Virus record (IMG/VR): IMGVR_UViG_3300037137_000232
Length of the DNA: 20,000 nucleotides
From: an uncultured virus (IMG/VR IMGVR_UViG_3300037137_000232)
Lineage: Duplodnaviria > Heunggongvirae > Uroviricota > Caudoviricetes
Direction: 5' to 3' (one strand)
The notes beneath the pieces were generated by a model. The model searched no databases. It saw only the letters and a program-made list of their open reading frames with translations, and had not been told where the DNA came from. The translations under genes were made by a program, and so were the position numbers. Positions within the stretch are counted from its first letter, which is position 1. Every line of letters starts with the position of its first letter. Positions 10,871-18,389 of this stretch are shown here, in pieces.

Positions 10871-10886
10871 GGGGGCCGAAGCCCCC
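10871..10886 (-). other. intergenic GC-rich hairpin with C(UUCG)G tetraloop, no U-tract
   Basis: Minus strand GGGGGC-TTCG-GCCCCC, 10 nt after the capsid stop; identical 16-mer at 10057-10072. Confidence 0.8.
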
Positions 10887-10896
10887 ATCAGATTGA

Positions 10897-11928
10897 TTAC
10901 GCCGTCGCCGCAACTTCACAGCGCACGAAGAACGCATCCTGCAGGATGACGGCCGACTGCCACGCCTTCCAACCGACCGTTCCACGCTGCGCGAGCGGAT
11001 CGCCGGGCGCAGGCTTCGGGTTCACAACCATCGGCGTGATCGAATCCTTGCCCTTCAACGGCACGATCCCGTACGCATTCGCAGCGATGAACAGGATCGG
11101 ATACACGTCCGCAAGCGTACCGGACGTACTGCGCATCGTGCCCTTGGCACCACCCGCGTCGGCGAACGGCGCGAAGATCGTGCTCGTCAGGTAACGCACA
11201 CGCTCCACCGCACCGATTTCGTTCTCGTACGGCGTGGTCGTACCGTACTGCTTCGGGTTGATGTAGCCCGTCATCGAGCGGATGTCCGTCTCGCAATCCG
11301 GGTGGGTGAGTGCGATGAACGCCGCCTCGACCGGTTCCGTGCGGTAGTCCGGAGTGGACTTGACCACCGACGTAATCATCTTCGCGTTCTGCCGCAGCAT
11401 CGACGTAGTGATCTGCCGTTGCAGCGCGAGCACGACGGGCGTGTTGACCGCATTCCGCGCACCACCGTTGGCGTAGAACACGTTCGTTCCGGCCTTCAGG
11501 ATGTTGAAGCGAATGGTCTCGATGGTCATCCCGGCTTGTTCCGCCATGATGCCCGTCGCTTCCGACAGAATCGGATCTTCATGCGTGTCCATCACCACGT
11601 CGGTGATCGTCACGTAATCACCGTACTGGTTCAACTGAACCGTGTAGTCGGCGTTCGCCAAACGATTGCCCGCCGGAGTCACACCTTCCACCAGAGGCGT
11701 CAACGCGAGTGGCACGAAGTAGTTGCCCGCGCCAGAACCGGCCGAACCGGTCGCGCCCTGCAAGAAGTAGCGCCGGAACTTCGCAGTCTTGGTGTTGTTC
11801 TGCGGAATGGGATACGACTGCCCGAACTTTTCGAGCACCATGTACGGCATCGCGCGCGAGAGCAATTCCTTGATGACGTACGCAGCGGTACGGGGAGAAA
11901 TATCCCCATAGTTGACGACGTTGGCCAT
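10897..11928 (-). CDS. major capsid protein, N4-gp56 family
   Basis: 343 aa with motifs KFGQ..PIP.N..KT.KFRRY, LVEGVTP, L.QYGD...ITD, HPD.E.DIR, ENEIGAVE.VR, DPLAQRGTVGWK. Follows the scaffold; codons are strongly GC3-biased. Confidence 0.9.
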   Translation of the reverse strand: MANVVNYGDISPRTAAYVIKELLSRAMPYMVLEKFGQSYPIPQNNTKTAKFRRYFLQGATGSAGSGAGNYFVPLALTPLVEGVTPAGNRLANADYTVQLNQYGDYVTITDVVMDTHEDPILSEATGIMAEQAGMTIETIRFNILKAGTNVFYANGGARNAVNTPVVLALQRQITTSMLRQNAKMITSVVKSTPDYRTEPVEAAFIALTHPDCETDIRSMTGYINPKQYGTTTPYENEIGAVERVRYLTSTIFAPFADAGGAKGTMRSTSGTLADVYPILFIAANAYGIVPLKGKDSITPMVVNPKPAPGDPLAQRGTVGWKAWQSAVILQDAFFVRCEVAATA

Positions 11929-11950
11929 GATGTTTCCTTGTCAGGTTGAA
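11923..11950 (-). repeat. leader/RBS repeat, copy 2
   Basis: Minus strand TTCAACCTGACAAGGAAACATCATGGCC. Confidence 0.85.
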
Positions 11951-11960
11951 GTTGAGTCGT

Positions 11961-12914
11961 TTACTTCGCGCCCACCGCTTCATCCCACGCTGCATCGAAA
12001 TCCGATGCGTCTGCCTGCGGGGTTGTGGGGGCACTTCGCTTGGAATCGACCACACCTAGCGCCTTGGCCGCTTTCTTGGCTGCCGCTGAGATTTCGGTCA
12101 CTTTGGGAGTTACCGGAGCTACCACTGGCGCTCCTGCTACAACCGGAGCGGCTTTCCGCCCGGTCGCAGTCTTGAATTCACTGATAAGCTCAACCACTTC
12201 GGTTGGCTCTCCTGTGTTGATGATCTCTTTGGCGATTCGCTGTCTTGCTCCGGTAAGTGATTTGTCCACCCAATCGTGCACGGCATCGTACATCGCATCG
12301 TCGTAATCGCCATGCGTACCTTGGATCACAGCAAGTGCCGCATTCTCAGCCAACGTATCGGCCGCGACCGCTCCACGTTCAGCCATCGGACCATACACGC
12401 GGGCAATCTCGGTAAACACATGGTCAACCAACTGGGTGTACTCCTTGCGCCGACGTAGCGCCTCACCCTTGATGACATCCGGCCACTGCTTCTCGTACTC
12501 CGTTAGAAACTCCTGCTCGTCCGCTGCATAAAGCGGCGGCGTTTCTGCAGCAGGAGCGGCGGGAGCAGTAGGTGCAGCGGGAGTCACTACAACAGGGGGA
12601 GCGGCACGTTCGGACTGCAACGCCTCGAACTTCGCCTTCCAGTCGGTTTCGTCAACAACCGGCTCGACCACTGGTTCCACAACCGCAGTCGGTTCTACCA
12701 CCGGCTCATCAACAATCGCGCCTTTCGCGGCAACCGCAGCGTCGTCAACCGGCGTAGTTTCGACCTTTGCTGCCGGTACAACCGGCTTCACTGCGCCATC
12801 GTCATCATCCACAGAGGTTGATGGTTCGGGAGCAAGCAACGAGTCGAACACTGATGACATCGCGTCGTACGAGGACAGCGGCGTCTCAACCAGTGGCGTT
12901 TTCACGGGGTCCAT
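11961..12914 (-). CDS. probable capsid scaffolding protein
   Basis: 317 aa, acidic Pro/Ala/Val-rich disordered N-terminus with VVEP repeats, helical core and C-terminal DFDAAWDEA helix; directly upstream of the capsid gene. Confidence 0.75.
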   Translation of the reverse strand: MDPVKTPLVETPLSSYDAMSSVFDSLLAPEPSTSVDDDDGAVKPVVPAAKVETTPVDDAAVAAKGAIVDEPVVEPTAVVEPVVEPVVDETDWKAKFEALQSERAAPPVVVTPAAPTAPAAPAAETPPLYAADEQEFLTEYEKQWPDVIKGEALRRRKEYTQLVDHVFTEIARVYGPMAERGAVAADTLAENAALAVIQGTHGDYDDAMYDAVHDWVDKSLTGARQRIAKEIINTGEPTEVVELISEFKTATGRKAAPVVAGAPVVAPVTPKVTEISAAAKKAAKALGVVDSKRSAPTTPQADASDFDAAWDEAVGAK

Positions 12915-12947
12915 GAGAGAGCCTTATAGGGAAGTTGAAGGTAGTTG

Positions 12948-13181
12948 TCAAACCTTCGTGGTTGCTACTGGGCGATCTTTCAGGTATTTCAGGACGCGCC
13001 TGAATGCACGAGCTTCACCCTGCAACCCCCACACCTCTTCGGAAGAAGCGTCAACCATCTGGTTTTTCACGCGCTCGTAATCATTCTCCATCAGCGCCAA
13101 AAGCGCGATTCCGAACCGTTCCCCCGAACCTGTGCGAAGTGATGCTTGATGCTCTTCCACTTCAAGTTTGGTCAAATTCAT
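12948..13181 (-). CDS. small conserved protein between portal and scaffold
   Basis: 77 aa, ATGA overlap with the portal stop, helical 'LQGEARAFRRVL' motif. Confidence 0.7.
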   Translation of the reverse strand: MNLTKLEVEEHQASLRTGSGERFGIALLALMENDYERVKNQMVDASSEEVWGLQGEARAFRRVLKYLKDRPVATTKV

Positions 13182-15355
13182 TTCTTACCCTTTTTGGTTG
13201 TGGGTGGTTTCAGCGGCGGTTTTTCCACTTTTTTCTCGTCAAGGTGCATCTTCGTCACAATGCCATCCGGCAGTTGGTGATCGCCTGCTTTTGCTGCAGC
13301 CACATCCTGCGGTGTGACACCTTGTTCCAACCCGGTGAGGATCGCGTTGTACGTCGCTGCTTCACCCTTCGCAGAATTGGTGTCGGCTGCCGTCAGATTT
13401 TTCACAGCCTCGGCAAGCAACTTGCGAATCGTCGCACGCAGAAGTTCTTCATTCATCGTCTGCTGTGACTGCGCTTGCGCTGCTTGTGCAGCTTCACGCT
13501 TCTTCGCTTCATCATCATCCACCATGACGGACGGGTCCATATCACGAACAGCGATACGCTCACGCAGCAACTTGCGATGATCGACGTAGAGCTTCTCCTC
13601 CGGCGTCAACGTCGCCGCCAGATTGTCATAACCAATGCCACGCACTTCCTTGGCGATCAGACTCGTCGATCCCTTGGCAACTGGCTGAAAATCACCCTTG
13701 ATCGACTGCTTTGCATTGAAGTATTTGTTGAACAACACAAGTGAGCCAATTACCGATTCAGTGAACACGTCGAAATTTCGTACCACATCCTTGAAGGGTA
13801 ACGCTGCCAGACCTTGCAGCATGGATGCACCAGCAGCCGTGCGAAACGGCTCACTCGGCCCCTTCTGCATGTCGCCGCCTGTCGCCGGGTTGACGAAGGT
13901 CTCGGCATCAGCGAATTCGCGGAATAGGTTGTTGATCTTCAGCAACTCGTCGATGTGACTATCGAACGTGATGGTGCGTACGGCCGGATACGCAAGAGTC
14001 GCGGGGGAATCATCATCACGCGGCCAGATTTTGTACGCACTCACAGTCGAGACGTCGGCCGTGGGATCGAGCAACGCCTTGTTTACTTCGAGATTGGTAC
14101 CACACACGACACCTGCGTTGTCGAGCGCCATGCGCGCTGTCGCCGCCATGCCAAGTTGTGAATCACGCATGATGAACGGTAGACCATTTCCCACCAACGA
14201 GGTGTCGTCCTCCTCGAAGATGAACTGATGGTACGAACTGATCGGGTCGTCCTCACCGACAATTGACCATGGATTGAGCGTGGCGCGAACGACGGTGCTG
14301 TCAAGAATCCACACCACCGCACTTACCATGTCGGCGAGTTTGTCATCCGGTATCTGAATACCACAACCTTTTAGGTAGTGTCCTGACAGCCCACCGTCCC
14401 ACACCAAAAGCTCGTACTTGCGCCCATCCTGAATGGACGTGTTCAACGCCACACCCATCGTGCGCAACTCCTGCTCATGCTGCTTCTGTTTGTAGTTCCC
14501 GTTACGGTGCTCCTTGAGATACTTCTTGATGACATCACCCATGAACTCGCTGTTGTTGGCGAGCTTGCGCACCTGCGCGCGTGACATCACATAACGGTGG
14601 AACTGCCCGTCCATCTGGTGCAGATACTTCGCGCTCATGTCCGGGTAGTAGTCCCAAATCGGGACGAACTCGAACTGTGGAATCAGAATGGTCTCATCCA
14701 CCGGAGCCACTTGATTCGACTGTGGATCGAGCTTCCATCGGCGTTGCTGCCGGGCCTTCGCCATCGGCCCCTTCAGCACGCCCATACCAAACAACACACC
14801 CGATGAAAGCACCTTACGGCACAACGCGACATAACCCAACATCTTCGCGCCACCCAACTCGGTGAGTTGATCCTCGATCTCAATTTCAAGGTTCGCCGCA
14901 CGTTTCTTAGCGAATACCATCACTGCGTCAGTGATAGACTCATCCGTTATGGGTGTGTTCTGATCCTGCATCAGTTGGTTAAGCACCGACTGCAAGTCCT
15001 CCACCGTGAGATTCGGCACTGGTGACGGCTCGACGCCCCAGTTCTTTTCGCTCGATGGAAACAGTAGATTCATCAACCGTGACACCATCGACACACACTT
15101 GATGCGCGTGATGCGTGGGTACGCTTTGCTACGATCACTTGGGATCGCAGCAGCGACCGCTGCGTCGTATTGACCGAGAAACTGGCGCAAATTCTGCGTC
15201 CATCTCAACTCGGCAATACGACGATCACTCTCATACATCGTGAAGTCCGTGCCGAGCTTCACACCAAGCGAGCGAATCTTGTCCGGGTCGGGTCGCAAAG
15301 CCAGTTCGGGTGTGACCGCAGAGGCGTCGGTCGTGGGAAGCTGAGTTTCATCCAT
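13178..15355 (-). CDS. portal protein
   Basis: 725 aa directly after terL, GGAG RBS. Podophage portal-like motifs (G.LFG.GVLKGP, WDYYPD, G.GLP..MRDSQ, RTA.GASML) and a C-terminal coiled-coil/barrel-like region. Confidence 0.85.
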   Translation of the reverse strand: MDETQLPTTDASAVTPELALRPDPDKIRSLGVKLGTDFTMYESDRRIAELRWTQNLRQFLGQYDAAVAAAIPSDRSKAYPRITRIKCVSMVSRLMNLLFPSSEKNWGVEPSPVPNLTVEDLQSVLNQLMQDQNTPITDESITDAVMVFAKKRAANLEIEIEDQLTELGGAKMLGYVALCRKVLSSGVLFGMGVLKGPMAKARQQRRWKLDPQSNQVAPVDETILIPQFEFVPIWDYYPDMSAKYLHQMDGQFHRYVMSRAQVRKLANNSEFMGDVIKKYLKEHRNGNYKQKQHEQELRTMGVALNTSIQDGRKYELLVWDGGLSGHYLKGCGIQIPDDKLADMVSAVVWILDSTVVRATLNPWSIVGEDDPISSYHQFIFEEDDTSLVGNGLPFIMRDSQLGMAATARMALDNAGVVCGTNLEVNKALLDPTADVSTVSAYKIWPRDDDSPATLAYPAVRTITFDSHIDELLKINNLFREFADAETFVNPATGGDMQKGPSEPFRTAAGASMLQGLAALPFKDVVRNFDVFTESVIGSLVLFNKYFNAKQSIKGDFQPVAKGSTSLIAKEVRGIGYDNLAATLTPEEKLYVDHRKLLRERIAVRDMDPSVMVDDDEAKKREAAQAAQAQSQQTMNEELLRATIRKLLAEAVKNLTAADTNSAKGEAATYNAILTGLEQGVTPQDVAAAKAGDHQLPDGIVTKMHLDEKKVEKPPLKPPTTKKGKK

Positions 15356-15370
15356 CTTGTTCTCCGATGA

Positions 15371-16807
15371 TTACCGCATCACGTAGTGATTGATTGCTCT
15401 ACGCGCGGGACCAACCTTCGCCTCGTTACGCCGCGCCTCCCGCGCAGCGGAATGCTGAAAATATCGACACAGGTACCCAAATCCATCGCCCGGATGCGAA
15501 CTCTGGTTCTTCTCCGGCTCTTCCTTCAACAGTTTACCCCTCCTGTCAGTCTCATAGCGCCACCCACCCTGCAGCGAACGAATCAAATTCTTGCAGCGAG
15601 GGTCAATTTGCAGCGCCGGGATACCCTGAACCAGTCGGGTTGAAAAATACTCTATGGCTTCGATGCGTAATGGAAGCCGATTGTTCAATCCATCGGGAAA
15701 AGCGACCCGAAAACCCCCTTTTCGCTTGTCGCGGAGGGTGTCAACGATGGTTCTTTCGTTGTTATTCGACCTCGTATCAGCGGCCGGATCGGGCGCAATT
15801 ATGAACTCAAAACCGTTAAAACGAGCCTTTAGTAGCGGGTTCAAGCGGTCAGTGATGATTCTTTCGGCCCCCATGTCGCGCTGACACAACTCATCGACGA
15901 CAAGCAAGCGCCCATTCAAGTCCTGCTGACCGAAAATGAGCGCACTTCCTGACAATCCGGGGTCAAAACCGGCCACCAGAGGCAAATGCGGGTTCGGTTT
16001 TAGGTATGTCTGCGCAACGTGAAGCTGCGCATTGAACGTCGTGATGACGGGAGTACCTGAAAGTGAGTACCCCCACATGCACTTGATGAATTTGTTAACC
16101 CACTGGGGTGATTTTCCTATTTTCAACGACTCGTAATACTTCGCACCCCCCGGCAAATTCTCAATATTCTCCGCATCCGGGCCATCGCCCGCCGGTTGTA
16201 TCCACAACATGACATTGGCCGCAATATCCGCATTCTCAAGACCGAGATATTGGTACCACTCATCATCCTCATTGCCCGGATTCGACGAACCCCACATACC
16301 CCAGTTGGTCGCACCACCATCAACTTTCGACGGATAGCGCCCACATCGCGCAGCAAGAGCTTCTCTAATTTCCGGTGCAATTTCGACAAACTCATCGAAG
16401 ATTGCGAACGTAATTTCGAGTGAGAGTACGCGTGCCACGTCATCAGCCGTGTCGAGCGCGCGGAACAGCACCTCACACTCAACGTCCCCGAAACGAAGCA
16501 TGAAATTCTTGTCGGTCGCACGCCAGTCCCCCGCAACGCCATCCTTGAACCAGTAGTTCCACGATACAAGCGTCGTATCCTTCAACTGCGGCATCGTGTT
16601 ACGCACAATCACTGCCCGCGAGCGCCGGATACCATCGACCGGTGAGCGTTCCTGCTGTGCTGCCATGTACACGAGCTTGAAGAAAATGCCGGTGGTCTTA
16701 CCTGACCCCACCGGCCCGATGATCCAATCGTGAAAAAGTTCCGCCGCCTTGTAGTGCCGAATGAACTTCCGGACTGTGGGCGGCGGGGTGTAGTTGATTG
16801 ATGCCAT
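15371..16807 (-). CDS. terL: terminase large subunit
   Basis: 478 aa. Walker A GPVGSGKT, Walker B FAIFDE, motif III SSNP, RNase H-like nuclease motifs AGFDPG, PDPA and SHPGDGFGY. Confidence 0.95.
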   Translation of the reverse strand: MASINYTPPPTVRKFIRHYKAAELFHDWIIGPVGSGKTTGIFFKLVYMAAQQERSPVDGIRRSRAVIVRNTMPQLKDTTLVSWNYWFKDGVAGDWRATDKNFMLRFGDVECEVLFRALDTADDVARVLSLEITFAIFDEFVEIAPEIREALAARCGRYPSKVDGGATNWGMWGSSNPGNEDDEWYQYLGLENADIAANVMLWIQPAGDGPDAENIENLPGGAKYYESLKIGKSPQWVNKFIKCMWGYSLSGTPVITTFNAQLHVAQTYLKPNPHLPLVAGFDPGLSGSALIFGQQDLNGRLLVVDELCQRDMGAERIITDRLNPLLKARFNGFEFIIAPDPAADTRSNNNERTIVDTLRDKRKGGFRVAFPDGLNNRLPLRIEAIEYFSTRLVQGIPALQIDPRCKNLIRSLQGGWRYETDRRGKLLKEEPEKNQSSHPGDGFGYLCRYFQHSAAREARRNEAKVGPARRAINHYVMR

Positions 16808-16953
16808 CAGTGTGCCTTTGCAGCAACGATCTTCAGCACCATTTTAGCGAAGTTTTCGACGAGTGTTTCCACCGAAACATCGCCTTGCCCTGCACGGTTG
16901 ATGCACCACTGCGCAAGTTGCTCGGCAAGAACAACGATGGATGCCTGTTCCAC
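16807..16953 (-). CDS. small hypothetical protein (48 aa)
   Basis: Probable GTG start at 16953 overlapping the upstream TAG (TAGTG); its TGA overlaps the terL ATG (TGATG). MEQASIVVLAEQLAQWCINRAGQGDVSVETLVENFAKMVLKIVAAKAH. Confidence 0.6.
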   Translation of the reverse strand: MEQASIVVLAEQLAQWCINRAGQGDVSVETLVENFAKMVLKIVAAKAH

Positions 16954-17237
16954 TAAAAGCTCGTCGGTTGCGCAACCGCGCGGGTTAACTGCATGAAGCC
17001 CGTCTGCAGCGTTGTACACGCAGCGGCGACCCATCGCGTGTCGAGTTTCGGGTTCAGCATCATGCCTTCGACCATGCGGCCGATGTCATTGCCGAGCGCC
17101 TTGATCTCGTTCATCAGTGCAACTTCTTCAGTATTGAGTTGCCGATATCCCGTGATCTTCGGTTGCACAAAGTACTCGTCAATCTGCTGCTCCACCGACT
17201 TCAGCCCTTCCTGTGTTCCATTCGGTTGTGTGCTCAC
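16953..17237 (-). CDS. acb2: Acb2/Vs.4-family anti-CBASS cyclic-oligonucleotide sponge
   Basis: 94 aa, GTG start with GAGGAG RBS. KITGYRQLNTEEVALMNEIKALG and RWVAAACTTLQTGFMQLTRAVAQPTSF match the Acb2 signature as recalled (KI.GYR.L..EE...MN..K..G and RW......T..QTG.M...RA.AQP.SF). Confidence 0.88.
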   Translation of the reverse strand: MSTQPNGTQEGLKSVEQQIDEYFVQPKITGYRQLNTEEVALMNEIKALGNDIGRMVEGMMLNPKLDTRWVAAACTTLQTGFMQLTRAVAQPTSF

Positions 17238-17515
17238 AACTTGCTCTCCTCTTGTTCGATCAACTTCTGCAGGTAGTGTCGAGCCTTGTGCAGATCGACC
17301 AACCCTCCTTTGCGCCGATAGCGGGCGATGTACTTCACGACGTTGCCGTCAAGAAAGCCCAACCCCCACGCCAGAATCGCATCCCACGGCTGAATGATCT
17401 GCGCCTTGTAGTGATCGCCGCCTTCCTGAATGTCGTTCGCCGTAAACCTGATCGGTAGTTTACCCTCGAACATCCGATCACCTAAATCGAGTTCCAGTTG
17501 CACTGGATCGCCCAT
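17234..17515 (-). CDS. DUF3310 (SaV-like / T7 gp1.7 nucleotide-kinase-related) protein
   Basis: 93 aa from ATG 17515 (TAATG overlap, GGAGG RBS). Signature Q.GGDHYK...IQPWD.I....LGFLDGNVVKY..RY..KGG..DL.KA.HYL..LIE. Confidence 0.88.
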   Translation of the reverse strand: MGDPVQLELDLGDRMFEGKLPIRFTANDIQEGGDHYKAQIIQPWDAILAWGLGFLDGNVVKYIARYRRKGGLVDLHKARHYLQKLIEQEESKL

Positions 17516-17799
17516 TATTTTCCTCCGCAAGTAATGGTTACATTCGCCGCACTACGCTTCACCACTGGGTTTGCGCAGTCCTTGAACGTCATCCATGGGT
17601 CTTTCACCCCCGGACAACGAATCAGCACGTCGTTGCCGCGCTTGCTGATTGTGTATCCCGCACACACCTCGCAAAACGTCATCGGACTGGCGTATGCGCT
17701 CGCCAGTCCGATGATCGTGATGAGCACCGCCACCCAAAACCACCAGACTATCGGCAGCGGTGCTCCGTTGACGTGCTTACGCCAACTGACTCGTCTCAC
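17515..17799 (-). CDS. predicted exported or membrane-anchored Cys-rich miniprotein
   Basis: 94 aa. Basic N-terminus, hydrophobic IVWWFWVAVLITIIGL, A-Y-A cleavage-like site, then five Cys in two similar modules. GTGA overlap at its start. Confidence 0.7.
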   Translation of the reverse strand: MRRVSWRKHVNGAPLPIVWWFWVAVLITIIGLASAYASPMTFCEVCAGYTISKRGNDVLIRCPGVKDPWMTFKDCANPVVKRSAANVTITCGGK

Positions 17800-17870
17800 A
17801 GCGGCGTCTCACCGGGCGGCAACGGTGTGGGTTGTGGCGCAGGTTGATTCTTCATCGTCTCGCCCATCAT
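17796..17870 (-). CDS. 24-aa Pro-rich microprotein (not in the ORF track)
   Basis: MMGETMKNQPAPQPTPLPPGETPL*. Fills the gap exactly, with an ATGA overlap upstream (17867-17870) and a GTGA overlap downstream (17796-17799). Confidence 0.55.
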   Translation of the reverse strand: MMGETMKNQPAPQPTPLPPGETPL

Positions 17871-18388
17871 GCCACCGCACCAGTGAACGGAAAAGGTGGA
17901 ACGGGCGGCAGTCCCCAGTTCGCCCGGCGTTCATTGTCCTCGGCAAGTTCCGCAGATGACATGTAGAACCGCTGGTTGTAGAACATGTCAGCCAACCGCG
18001 ACCAGTTCGCACCATCCGCTGCGGGTGTGCCGAACTTCGCGTACAGCGGCGCAGTCATGTAAGCCAACGTACCAACCCGATTCTGGTCGCCATGACACTG
18101 GTCAGCAACTCGCGAGACGTACCCCATCAGGTTCTCACCCAAGTCAGGGCGTGGGTTACTCAACACATGTCCTGTCGCAACCATCATCGCTGTGTTGGCG
18201 CAGTCCACACCCACCACCGGGTCGATGCGCGAACCACCAACCCACCGGCAGTGCACCAGCAGTTTGTTGTCGTCCACTGCATAGAGCGGGTTTACCGCAA
18301 CCAGTGGTGCAGTCACGGGCACGCCTTTGAGTGCAGCGAGTTCAGCACTCAATCGGTTGATTTCAGCAATCAGTTCATTGATGTCCAT
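17867..18388 (-). CDS. hypothetical protein (173 aa) with N-terminal coiled coil
   Basis: Start at ATG 18388 with GGAGG RBS, 1 nt after the terS stop. MDINELIAEINRLSAELAALKG...; family not recognised. Confidence 0.75.
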   Translation of the reverse strand: MDINELIAEINRLSAELAALKGVPVTAPLVAVNPLYAVDDNKLLVHCRWVGGSRIDPVVGVDCANTAMMVATGHVLSNPRPDLGENLMGYVSRVADQCHGDQNRVGTLAYMTAPLYAKFGTPAADGANWSRLADMFYNQRFYMSSAELAEDNERRANWGLPPVPPFPFTGAVA

Positions 18389-18389
18389 C

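Noticed and set aside
10056..10886. Calling the UUCG hairpins intrinsic terminators
   Set aside because: No poly-U tract follows on either strand, so they are reported only as hairpins.
10849..10899. Possible stop read-through fusing the capsid to the in-frame 129-aa gene
   Set aside because: The genes are in frame, but a second stop follows two codons later (TAA TCA ATC TGA), and I see no slippery sequence.
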